Below the pieces are notes generated by a model. That model saw only the letters and a list, made by a program, of their open reading frames with translations. It did not search any database and was not told the DNA's origin. Both the position numbers and the translations under genes were made by a program. From Bugula neritina (Eukaryota > Animalia > Bryozoa): a DNA stretch of 64,000 nucleotides. The stretch spans positions 15,986,722 through 16,050,721 of the forward strand of contig OZ037766.1 in NCBI GenBank assembly GCA_964035545.1, given 5' to 3'. This document shows positions 54,101 to 64,000 of the stretch, in pieces (position 1 is the first letter of the stretch; each line of letters begins with the position of its first letter).

Positions 54101-55861
54101 TCAATAAATGGTTTGAAAAAAGCATAAACACAATGAAATCAAAAACTAGAAACCGTTATAAACAAGTTAATTATTTCGTAAATTTAGCTCAAAAACCAAA
54201 GCTGAATTATTAGATTATTAGTAAAAGTTGCGTATTCAAAGTTTTCCAAGTTGTGTAACAAATATCTCAAGCCAAAAACTTTGCTGTGACATTATGTAAT
54301 AAGTAACCAGTAAAATTAAACAGATAAAACACATTATATTAGGATAAACAGAGTATATAGAAAGCAAACTATTTCTTGCACTCACAGTTTCAGTATTTGT
54401 CGAGCTGTTAGCACTGAAGAAGTCAAAACCTGTTAGTTTCCATATAGCCTTATCATTTATTATAATAGAAGAAGGGTGTATACCACCATGCACCAACTTC
54501 ACATCATTGTGTAGAAATGTTACAGCTTCTAATATCTAATAAAATAGAGCAAGGCAGGTAAAGTAAAATATTTATAGTGCATAAAAAATTTCTTTGCATA
54601 GAAAAACTTTGAAAAAACTGAAACTCAACTGGTAAATAAAGCTAAGCCCAGTGTCTTCCATGGATTTCATATCCATAAAGAATGTAGTTTAGTTTAAGTT
54701 GGCGCATACTAGTTATTCACTGCTTTCCTACATACAGTGTAGGTAGTCAGCAGACTTTTCCATTTCTAGGTAACCACTTCTAAGTTGCACTCACTTTGCT
54801 CACCAAAATTTCATTTAAAAACTTGAATATTTGCTTGCTTTGTAAGAAAGCTTCTTTAGCTAAATTTCATACCTGAATCAATCCGTATTTTATTTCTACT
54901 TCACTCAGCTTTATTGCTTGTTCACCAGAGGAGCGCTCTAGAACATTAGCTAGTGAAATTCTAACAGGCTCAGTCGCAAAAGCAAGACAGTCCCTATATA
55001 AACAACCAATTTTATAAATCACAAGCTAAATAAAAAACAGAACAAGATAAATTAATTTATCACCTAATACATAAAAGTATGATTGATTAATTGAAAATAG
55101 GGTAGAAATTATCACCAAAATGCATCTTAAATTGTTTGTTTTAAAGTTAGTACCAACATAAAACACACTGTTGAAGTAACTCATTAATCCGTTACTGTAA
55201 TCTTTTTTACACAGCCAATAGCCGAAAGAATCGACTGCGGTGAAGTACATTATACACACAATGAACTCTGAATGCTGGCCGCACCTGTTTTCTTCCAAAG
55301 GATGTACCACTGAGAGTATTTTGGGATGCCGAAGTTTAGTAAGCTGCTGAATGCCCCTTCTAAGACTTGCTATGATTTGCTTTTTGTCGTCTTTTGGCAT
55401 TTTATCTATAGATTTTTTATTAAACACAAACACGGAGGCTGCCTAGAAACAAAACAAAACTCATAAAAATTTACACTTCAAGCAAATATACTATCTACCA
55501 AAAAAATTAAATTGATTATTACAAACTGCAAATGTGATATTCTCTAGTTATTAAAATGAGTATAAAAACTTTACATAAAGTATCTAGTTACAATTTGCTC
55601 TCTGATAAAGTAGCGCGCCAACTTCTTTTGTCTTTCAGTGTCTCGTTAAAATTTATTTATAGAAGAGAAGAAATGTAGTAATATAGCAAGTGTAACAACT
55701 ACCTCTTTAGTAGTCTTTTTGGTAGCTCTGTATATGTTCCATACCATATTAGGACCTGCTGACCCAACAGATCTTTCTTGAATATCATAATCGCTGCTTA
55801 ATGGATTACCAGGTAAAACTTCGGAGACTGTACTCTTCAATTTGCTAATGAATGAATCCAT
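45140..55861 (-). CDS. SCYL2: SCY1-like pseudokinase 2 (CVAK104)
   Basis: 16 predicted exons: 55861-55703, 55442-55285, 54993-54873, 54535-54386, 54037-53822, 53303-53187, 52715-52590, 52370-52194, 51822-51700, 50062-49949, 49746-49614, 49420-49302, 48850-48750, 47444-47393, 46765-46637, 45799-45140. Typical N-terminus (MDSFISKLKSTV...RGIQQLTKLRHPKILSVVHPLEENRDCLAFATEPV), HEAT-like middle region, low-complexity tail ending DDINDLLG. Confidence 0.93.
46912..46995 (+). mobile_element. SINE 5' fragment
   Basis: CAGTGGTTAGAGCACTGGTTTAGTAAACACAAGGTCAGTGGTTTGACCCC...AAGGCCATTGGTGATGTT. Confidence 0.65.
48837..49186. repeat. 26/28-bp minisatellite (13 units) overlapping a SCYL2 3' splice site
   Basis: Unit ~ATATGCTATAAACTACAGYAYATCAT; cores at 48843, 48869, 48897, 48923, 48949, 48975, 49001, 49029, 49057, 49083, 49109, 49135 and 49161. 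Confidence 0.93.
50090..50210 (+). mobile_element. SINE fragment (internally deleted)
   Basis: GCAGCAGTGGTCTAGTCGTTAGAG head and ATCAGGGATTCTCAC tail. Confidence 0.55.
50930..51013 (-). mobile_element. SINE fragment
   Basis: TTCCTAACATCACC...TTACTAGGC...CTCTAATCACTAGACCA matches the family on the minus strand. Confidence 0.5.
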
Positions 55862-56025
55862 GATGACTGCTATTAAAACAACAAACCATTCTTTACATAA
55901 ATATAAAGTTACTATTATTGTTAATTTTCATCTTAAAGCTACAATAAATATAATTGAACAAATATTTTCAGCAGCTTGATAATACTAATAGTTCTTACGA
56001 CTTATTTTTTACATACTGCATCATT

Positions 56026-56492
56026 GGTGCCATTCCAGATAGACGACTTCCTGTTAGACGACCCCAAATATTGCTTTCAAATATATGTGTATATGATTTT
56101 AAAATATAGTTGACCACTTTAAAATTTGAAATTGAATGAATATAATGTAGAATAGTTTGAAAAAATTATATTATTGTATTATTTCAAAAGAATTATGCAT
56201 CTTATGGATAATGACTTCAGTAAACTGTTAGAGCAATGGTTTCAATGCGTCATATTATGCATATGGCTTCAGTTATTTACCTATGCATGGCTTCAGTTAG
56301 ACACTTGTGCACATTCATTCACATTAAATCAAAATAAATGCAACTTAGTATCAAATATCATTAATTTTTTTAATTGTGAACGTTTTTAAATAAAGTCGTC
56401 TAAATGGAAGTCGCCTAGTTGGGATCGTTTCAAGTTGAATATATTGGTGGTCGTCCAAGTCTAACTGAAAGTCGTCTATCTAGACTGAAACC
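56026..56492. mobile_element. Putative degenerate MITE upstream of the SCYL2 start
   Basis: Imperfect inverted termini GGTGCCATTCCAGATAGACGACTT versus AAGTCGTCTATCTAGACTGAAACC, with repeated subterminal AGACGAC/GTCGTCT motifs. Confidence 0.5.
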
Positions 56493-56931
56493 GTATTATT
56501 TGAATTTGAAGTTGAATAACTTCATTCAATTTAAATTTTAATAAAATAGTATTGAATTTGAATATTCTGTAAGCCATGCATACTGATACTATCAGTGATA
56601 ATAATACAATTACATCATACATACTGAAGAGTGGAGGAGAATGAAAAGTTTCTTATCAATATCATTCATACTGCAAACGACAACCACAATCATATGCTAT
56701 AACTATAACTATAAGTATAAGTAATAAGTATTACTGTGTTAGTATAATTATAAACTATATAAAATTAAATAAAATAGATGTCTATAACTAAGTCTAGCAA
56801 TATGAATATGTTTATGATTATCATTAATAACATTATGATTATGATTATGATCATCGTTATCATTATGATATTGATATTCATTATGTTACACTTGCTGCCA
56901 CACTTACTGTTAGCATATTCATATTGATATT

Positions 56932-57111
56932 TGTTTATGTAACTGCTGTTTTGTAACACTTATGTTTTATGTTATGTCCTAGCGATTATGTTTTATTTAC
57001 AAGATTGTATTACTGTTGTAGATTAGACTGCGGCCTCAATTATACATGCTACATAGACCACTAATAAACTCACACCATATCCAATATACATTACACGATA
57101 CATTATAAACA
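56932..57111 (+). repeat. 5' LTR (left arm of inverted repeat)
   Basis: TGTTTATG...TATAAACA, contains AATAAA, immediately followed by the PBS. Confidence 0.93.
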
Positions 57112-57127
57112 TGGTGCCCCGAGTGAG
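57112..57127 (+). promoter_or_regulatory. Primer-binding site, elongator tRNA-Met-like
   Basis: TGGTGCCCCGAGTGAG directly after the LTR; complementary to a tRNA-Met(e) 3' end ...CTCACTCGGGGCACCA as I recall it. Confidence 0.75.
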
Positions 57128-57167
57128 CTACTAATAAGGAGACAAGGGTGTTCGTCAGTGAGTAGCG

Positions 57168-59606
57168 ATGGCTGAAAGCGATTTTCTAATCCCAAAGCCC
57201 ATGGAGGATGGTGCAGACCTGTCATATGAGTGGACCAGATTTTTGGAGGAATTTGAGCTGTACCTCGTTGCTACGGAAAAGGACAAGAAAGCAGATAAAA
57301 TCAGGATTGCACTGATGCTCAGATGTATTGGACCCAGAGGTATCGACATTTTCAAGAGCTTCACATTCACTGGTGGCAAGTCAATAGACAAATATAGTGA
57401 TGTGACAGAAAAGTTTCAAGCATTCTGTTTGAAGACGTCAAACAAGATAATAAAAAGGCACCAGTTGCTTTCCACGAAGCAAGGCTGCATGACAATTGAT
57501 GAATATGTCACAAGTCTTCATAAAATAGCACGGGAGTGCAGCCTAGAAGCGATGTATGACGATTTCTTTCTGCAAGCTTTGTTGTTGGGCATCAATGATG
57601 AAGAAGTAAAGAGAAAATTATTTGAAGCAGATGATAATCTCACACTAGACCAGGCGATAAAAAAATGTAAGATGGCTGAAGCATCCAAGAATGATATGAA
57701 ATCCTTGAAAGGTGAAGAGTCGGTGCATGCATTACAGCCTAAGGGTAAACTAAACAAGCCCTACAAAGGTAAACAAAATGCTGAAAATTTTGACTCCAGA
57801 TCAAAGGCCAAATGCGGTAACTGCGGAAGTTCCCACCAACCAAAAAAGTGTCCGGCTTACGGTCAACAATGCCATGGATGTGGCAAATACAACCACTTTA
57901 GGAAGCTATGCAGATCGGCTAGACAAGTTCATCACCTTACTGATGCTGACATACAATCAGGTAATGATTCTGATGAGTCTTTGTTATGCCTACAGGTCAT
58001 CAGATCTAACAAGAAGTTGCTGAGCACAATAGAGACGCACAGCAAAGGCAGACATGTGAAGATCTTATATCAGCTAGACACAGGTGCTTCATGCAACATT
58101 CTGAACTACCAAGACTACTGTGCGCTACAGAAGCCAAGTTTAAAGAATCACAGACCAGACCTCAAACTGTTTGACGGATCCACAACAAAACCACTTGGGC
58201 AGTGCCAGATACAAATGGCCGGAAGAACGTACAATTGTTATGTTGTCAAAACAAATAATCTCAGTTTACTTTCTGGTGATACTTGTCTGGACTTGGGACT
58301 TTTGTCTATTAAACACGAATGGGTTAACATGGTCTCCACTGCAACAACTGTTGAACAGCTTACAGAAGAATATGCTGATGTATTTCAAGGTGTGGGATGC
58401 CTTCCAGGAGACTACCACATCGAACTGGACAAGGATGCAATTCCTATCAAAAACAGCAACAGAAAGGTTCCGGTTTCAATGCTAGCAGACCTCAAAACAA
58501 AGTTAGAAAGTCTTGAGCAGAACCAACTAGTCAAGAAAGTTGACTATCCAACCGATTGGCTCAACAACATGGTAGCAGTGAGAAAGCCTAGTGGTAAACT
58601 AAGAGTGTGTCTTGATCCATCAAATCTCAACAAAGTAATTAAGCGGAACCACTTTCCCATGCCAACATTAGATGATGTTCTGGTTGAACTCGCTGATGCC
58701 AAGGTTTTCTCACTTTGTGACGCCAAGGATGGATTCTTGCAAATCAAATTAGATGAAGTGTCAAGCGACCTAACCACATTTTGGACCCCTTATGGCAAGT
58801 ACAAATGGCTAAGGATGGCTTTCGGTCTGGTATCCAGCAGCGAAGAGTTCCAGAGGCGACTGTCTGAAGCCCTAAACGGTCTCACTGGAATAACTGTAGT
58901 GGCTGATGACATTCTCATTTATGGTAAGGGAGACAACAAAGAGCAGGCAATGAATAATCACAATCAAAATTTGGAGAAATTGCTGATCAGAGCGCGTGAA
59001 GTGAACCTCAAACTGAACAAGGACAAATGTCGTTTCTTACTACAAGAGCTCCCATACATCGGTCACATCATAACCGAACACGGCATCAAGCCAGATCCCA
59101 AGAAAGTCAATGCAATTCGTGAAATGGCACACCCGAAAGATGGTGATGGAGTTAGGAGATTTCTTGGACATATAAACTACGTATCAAAATTCATCCCGGA
59201 CTGCTCTGCAGAGTCGGAGCCATTGCGAAGGCTTATCAATGTCACAGATGACAAATTTGTTTGGGGTGAAGATCAAATTAACGCTTTTGACAGGCTGAAG
59301 GAATTACTAACTCATGAGAAGTACTTTCGAGTAAACTATCCCATTGTGGTTCAGACAGATGCTAGCACGGGTGGACTGGGAGCCGTTCTGATGCAGGATG
59401 GAAAGCCAGTATGTTATGCATCACGCAGCCTCACTGACAGTGAACAAAACTATGCTCCTATTGAGCTTGAGCTTTTAGCAATTGTATATGCCATGCAGAA
59501 GTTCGATCAATATGTCTTTGGCTGTAAGGACCTTACTGTGCACACGGATCATGAGCCGCTGGAGCCAATCCTGAAGAAGTCTTTGTTGAAGGCACCATGT
59601 TTATAA
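57168..59606 (+). CDS. Single-ORF Gag-protease-RT-RNase H polyprotein, truncated before integrase
   Basis: 812 aa; double knuckle CGNCGSSH...C and CHGCGKYNHFRKLC; QLDTGAS protease; MAFGL and VADD (RT); QTDAS...IELE...TDH (RNase H). The last two codons and the stop (TGT TTA TAA) come from the inverted LTR. Confidence 0.93.
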   Translation: MAESDFLIPKPMEDGADLSYEWTRFLEEFELYLVATEKDKKADKIRIALMLRCIGPRGIDIFKSFTFTGGKSIDKYSDVTEKFQAFCLKTSNKIIKRHQLLSTKQGCMTIDEYVTSLHKIARECSLEAMYDDFFLQALLLGINDEEVKRKLFEADDNLTLDQAIKKCKMAEASKNDMKSLKGEESVHALQPKGKLNKPYKGKQNAENFDSRSKAKCGNCGSSHQPKKCPAYGQQCHGCGKYNHFRKLCRSARQVHHLTDADIQSGNDSDESLLCLQVIRSNKKLLSTIETHSKGRHVKILYQLDTGASCNILNYQDYCALQKPSLKNHRPDLKLFDGSTTKPLGQCQIQMAGRTYNCYVVKTNNLSLLSGDTCLDLGLLSIKHEWVNMVSTATTVEQLTEEYADVFQGVGCLPGDYHIELDKDAIPIKNSNRKVPVSMLADLKTKLESLEQNQLVKKVDYPTDWLNNMVAVRKPSGKLRVCLDPSNLNKVIKRNHFPMPTLDDVLVELADAKVFSLCDAKDGFLQIKLDEVSSDLTTFWTPYGKYKWLRMAFGLVSSSEEFQRRLSEALNGLTGITVVADDILIYGKGDNKEQAMNNHNQNLEKLLIRAREVNLKLNKDKCRFLLQELPYIGHIITEHGIKPDPKKVNAIREMAHPKDGDGVRRFLGHINYVSKFIPDCSAESEPLRRLINVTDDKFVWGEDQINAFDRLKELLTHEKYFRVNYPIVVQTDASTGGLGAVLMQDGKPVCYASRSLTDSEQNYAPIELELLAIVYAMQKFDQYVFGCKDLTVHTDHEPLEPILKKSLLKAPCL

Positions 59607-59777
59607 TGTATCGTGTAATGTATATTGGATATGGTGTGAGTTTATTAGTGGTCTATGTAGCATGTATAATTGAGGCCGCAGTCTAATCTACAACAGTAAT
59701 ACAATCTTGTAAATAAAACATAATCGCTAGGACATAACATAAAACATAAGTGTTACAAAACAGCAGTTACATAAACA
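59598..59777 (-). repeat. Inverted LTR copy (right arm)
   Basis: Exact reverse complement of 56932-57111. Confidence 0.93.
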
Positions 59778-60154
59778 ATATTGATTATGGTATAATTTAT
59801 AATCAAAATTATTATAAATATAACTTAAACTTTATTTAAACTTAAACTTTAATAACATTATCATTATGATTAAGTTAACAGCCATTGAATGATTGATAAA
59901 AATTATCTTAAAGTTAATAAGTATAACTAAGAATTATTTATAAAATAATAATCATCAGTATAAATATAATTATATAATATATTATTACTTTGAGCGTAAG
60001 CATTATAAACTATAACTATAACTATGCTTAATAAGTTAATTGTAACGTTGCACTTATGGCTTATACTTATAGTTACAGTTAATGGTATAGTATTAGTATA
60101 GTTATAGTAATACTAATACTGTAATAGTTTTGATTGAATGATTGGAGACGAGTA

Positions 60155-60163
60155 CCGGAAGTG
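60155..60163 (+). promoter_or_regulatory. ETS/GABP-type motif CCGGAAGTG between SCYL2 and the ZDHHC gene
   Basis: Motif match only; an inverted CCAAT (ATTGG) lies at 60331. Confidence 0.3.
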
Positions 60164-60961
60164 ACATTATGAAAACAGAAAATATTTACTTGATCCAACA
60201 CAAATCTAGACCTAGTAACTTACACAGACCAAACTCCAATTTACACAAAAAGTACTTTTATCAAATAGTCCAGACGAGTTACTTGCACAAACAAATAGAT
60301 GCGCAGGCTTCAACTCTATAGTAACGCTTGATTGGCTAACCTCGAAAGTCTTAAAATTAATTCTATACCTTTGCTATTGAGTATAAAATTTCCTTCGTTT
60401 CATTTGAATTTCAGTTCCTTCTTATTGTTTCACACCAGACGTGGCGTTATATTTACAATGACTTACTGTTCACCATTTTGAACATGTTAATGTTATGGTA
60501 GTTTTTGCAATTATCAACATTACAAAAAGTTTCACTTTCACAAATATTAAATTTAATATGATTATCATTATGATAAATCATAATGAATATCAATATGTGT
60601 GTTAGAAATACTAATAGACATGAGTGGTACTACTAGTTGTAACACTCATGTCAGTAATTGGTTTTCACTTTGAATTTTAAAGTTAATCAGAATGAAAATG
60701 ATCATAAACCCTAATCATAATGATAATAAAGATATATCATTATCGATATTTATATTAATATTGGTAGTAATAATTATAATCATGATGATAATCATAATGA
60801 TAATGACAATTGCTTTTACTTTGCTTTGCTTTTTAATTTAGGAGCTTTCTAATAGTAATAGAATGTTTTTACTTTTAATGAAATTATTTATATTTTTGTT
60901 GTCTCAGTTTTGTGCAAACTGAAACTGGCAGTGTAGCACAGACTAGCTAGACTCTAGACTG

Positions 60962-61050
60962 CAGGGCTGTCCAACATGCATTCTACAGTAATTATTGGAT
61001 ATTCTATTCCATTTCAGTGGCCCTTGCCCTGAAAAGGTTGGACACCTCTG
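60962..61050 (-). mobile_element. Internally deleted hAT-like MITE
   Basis: CAGGGCTGTCCAAC...GTTGGACACCTCTG termini; the reverse complement matches the start of 11982-12265. Confidence 0.65.
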
Positions 61051-61839
61051 GCTTAGAATATACAACTCAGGAAGGGTTTCGCCAATTTCTTTTCCAATTG
61101 TTTTGAGTGTAAAAGAGGTCGCATGCCACAAAGACCAAAGACTGTATTTCTATTACCTAGTTGTGCAAAGCTTGTGATATTACTATCTCTCACCGGTTGA
61201 CATGTTAAACTTAAAGTAGGCTACTAAATGCTAATATCAATGTCAGTGTTACTGTGTTACCATTGTATGTGTAGTATGTTTAGCCATACCATTTTCATTT
61301 TAGTTTGAGTTTAAGATTTTTATTTAAACTTGAAGATGTAGCTACTGCTAGTCTCGGCCTAGTGACTAAAATTGCTATTTTATAGATGAATTGATATCGG
61401 GTTTAAAATTTTATTGCATTAGTTTTTGCTTGGTGGCAATGATTCATTTCACCATCTTCAGCTTAGTTTTTGGATCTACTTTAAATCTGCAGCCATGCTA
61501 TTATGTAGCACAGTCTACTTGATGAAACTTAAATTTAGTAGGTTCTACAAATTTGCATATGCGTCATTTGGTAAAAATGATAGTTCTTTTCATTGTATTG
61601 TGCACATTATTGAAACAGCTTATATTGAAGGCAATTCATGTAAAAATGTTAAAGAATATAAGCAGTATAAAGGTTATGCAGATTTTATTTTCAGTTTTAT
61701 TCTTTTAGTATTTCAGATGTAAGTGTAGTCAAAACCTTTAATAATGATTGAAAATAGATTCAGGATTTACAGAAAAAAATCGTAAATATTGAAAAATACT
61801 ATAGATTGCTTTATAGATCTAACTAATGAAGTAGGAAAT

Positions 61840-63692
61840 ATGAGAAGACTACATTGGAACACAGATTTGCGTGGTGTGATATGCATTTCCATTATATATG
61901 CTTATTGGATTTATGGCACCATTGTTCCAATGAAGATTATTATTTTACCATATTACAAGATGGGAATTATCAAAATGCATGCAATTATTAGTAAGTATAT
62001 TGTTGTGCATATATATTTTAATGAGCCTGAATTTTGCTCTCAGGTTGACTATATTATTATAATTTTACCTGTTTGTCATTTTATTTATTCACTTATAAAC
62101 AAACATACTTGTTTTTGTTTTCAAAGGAGTATGCATGTAAAACTGAGTTTATTACTTATGTTTTCAAACAATTGTAACAGATACTCTTTCAAAATCATTT
62201 CATTGAAATTGTTTTCAATGCATGATTATTTTTTTAATAAAGAGAAATACATTTAATATTTTACTGGAATTTGAGATATATGTATTTTTTGGCACTGTTG
62301 CAAAATTCACTTCAAGTTATTCTATGTTTGCAATGTTGAATAATTTAAAGCTATAAAATTAAGTTTAAGTTAAAATATTGGATTATATTTCATAATTGTA
62401 GTGTATATGATGTTTAGCATTATGACAATGCTTAGTTTGCTCAGAGCTTCCTTGTCACATCCAGGCAGAGTTCCGCAATATGTAGGATCTATGGGTGAGC
62501 TTATTTTGCTGCCTCTGTAATATATATTATTTCACCGCTATTAATAGTTTATACTAAAAACTTCAGCTTTTCATTCAGTCTACTAGTGATTGATGAATAT
62601 ATTAGAAGTACCATTTATTTCTGTATCCCGATAAGATATTAGACTGACCACATGTTTACTGTGTATTGAAGACTATAACTCACTATAACTATAACAACTT
62701 TGGTTGGCAAAAAGATTGCATTCTCACTTTTGAAGCTCTTAAAAATCAAAGCCTTGTTTGTTTACTCTGTTATACCGTAACACATTTGGATATGGGAAAG
62801 ATTATCTTCTTAACCTCTGTGAGTCTCATTGTTTTAGCGTCATATTTATTGTTCTTGAGTGCCCTAAAATTGTATTTTAGAATTGGCTTAAAACAAGATT
62901 GTTTAAATAAAATTTATAATAGAATAGCACTAAAAGTGACTAGAAGACCTCGTGTAAAGTTCACTCACAGTCTGGTGTAGTCTCACAGCTCTCTAGTGAA
63001 GTCCTTGTTTGTGCAGATCAAGCTGATTGGCAGTACTGTGATAAATGTAGCCACAAACGTCCCCCTCGAAGCCACCACTGTTCAAGATGTGGTCACTGTG
63101 TTACCATGATGGACCATCACTGCCCATGGTAAGTGTACCATGCAGTTGCTCATGGTAGCTATGTTATGGGATTACTACAGTAACTACTGCAGCGAAGGTT
63201 AAGTCGAATGTATATAATAGTTCTTGCTATTTTACATCAGTTGTGTCCCCACCCAATACCACATTGGTTAATTTATGCATCTGTGCTGTAGGATTAATAA
63301 CTGTGTGGGGCAGGACAACCGTTTTGCCTTTCTACAACTGATATTTTACACCATGGGGCTTAGTGTAAGTGCTCTGGCCTTCTGTGGAACTAAGTCTTAC
63401 AAACTACCACCGTGTCCAGAGAAGTATTGTCCTACAGTAAGTAGTTTAAATGTGTATGTAAATGTTTTGTAAAATTCTTATTGTAACAATATTCTATTAT
63501 ATTATACTGTATAGCATCTTGCCTAGTAGTAAGACACATGCTGTACCTTCTTGTGTGTTGTTTGTATAATTTTAGGATAGCTGGTTTGTAGAACATGAGC
63601 ACGGCTTGCTCGTCGCATCATATGTAATGTCTACTCTCATGGCCGTTGGTATAACTGCTTTGTCTTGTGGACAGCATTTCTCTGTTGCCCTG
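61840..63692 (+). CDS. ZDHHC21: DHHC palmitoyltransferase, ZDHHC21-like (3' end beyond window)
   Basis: Exons 61840-61990, 62402-62494, 63017-63128 ([31 protein letters not shown]), 63292-63436 ([20 protein letters not shown]) and 63576-63692. The DHHC family is certain; the orthologue call rests on the short N-terminus and the FLQLxFYT and HE motifs. Confidence 0.85.
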
Positions 63693-64000
63693 GTATGATA
63701 TTACCATAACATTTTATAGTAAAATATGTTACAATTATAATGTACTAAATCTGAACTTGGGTGTTTACTTTTTAATGCAACAATAAATCAGATAGTTTGT
63801 TTTACAGTTTACATGATGCTTTTGAAGTACGGTAGTGCAAATCCATCAAAATCTTGGAACATATACTCATTTGAGTTAGTTTCAGTCTTCGGCATTTTAT
63901 TTGATTTATTATTTTTGGTTATACATCATTTTATTTTTTAGTCGGCTTTTATGAATTTTCAGTTTTTTAGCTACTGTATTATATCCTATTTATATTTCTT

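Larger units (their letters stand above)
56932..59777 (+). mobile_element. Gypsy-type (Mag-like) retroelement with inverted LTRs and no integrase
   Basis: 180-bp TG...CA LTR, PBS, gag-PR-RT-RH ORF, then the same LTR in reverse orientation; 5-bp TSD ATATT (56927-56931 and 59778-59782). Confidence 0.92.

Noticed and set aside
56932-59777. DIRS-type retroelement or TIR DNA transposon
   Set aside because: It has an aspartic protease, a PBS, TG...CA ends and a TSD, with no tyrosine recombinase or transposase, so the inverted repeats are LTR copies.

Overview
AT-rich, intron-containing animal (invertebrate-like) genomic DNA; the species cannot be identified from the sequence. (1) 1.4-27.3 kb: a cluster of four predicted genes (two on -, then two on +) holding seven OTU-like cysteine-protease domains. 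Each domain sits in one phase-1/phase-1 exon. Three genes pair a domain with the catalytic Cys with a Cys-less pseudo-OTU domain. (2) 28566-36179: an intact, very young Ty3/Gypsy retrotransposon with identical 409-bp LTRs, a GTTT target-site duplication (TSD), a tRNA-Leu PBS and a clear -1 frameshift signal. (3) Conserved genes MOB1 (+), SCYL2 (-) and a ZDHHC21-like palmitoyltransferase (+, runs off the window). (4) 56932-59777: a Gypsy-type gag-PR-RT-RNaseH element with no integrase, bounded by perfect INVERTED 180-bp LTRs and a 5-bp TSD. Also present: a tRNA-derived SINE family, several MITEs, microsatellites, and a minisatellite built from a SCYL2 splice acceptor. Gene models were built by eye from GT-AG sites and reading-frame continuity; no database search was run.
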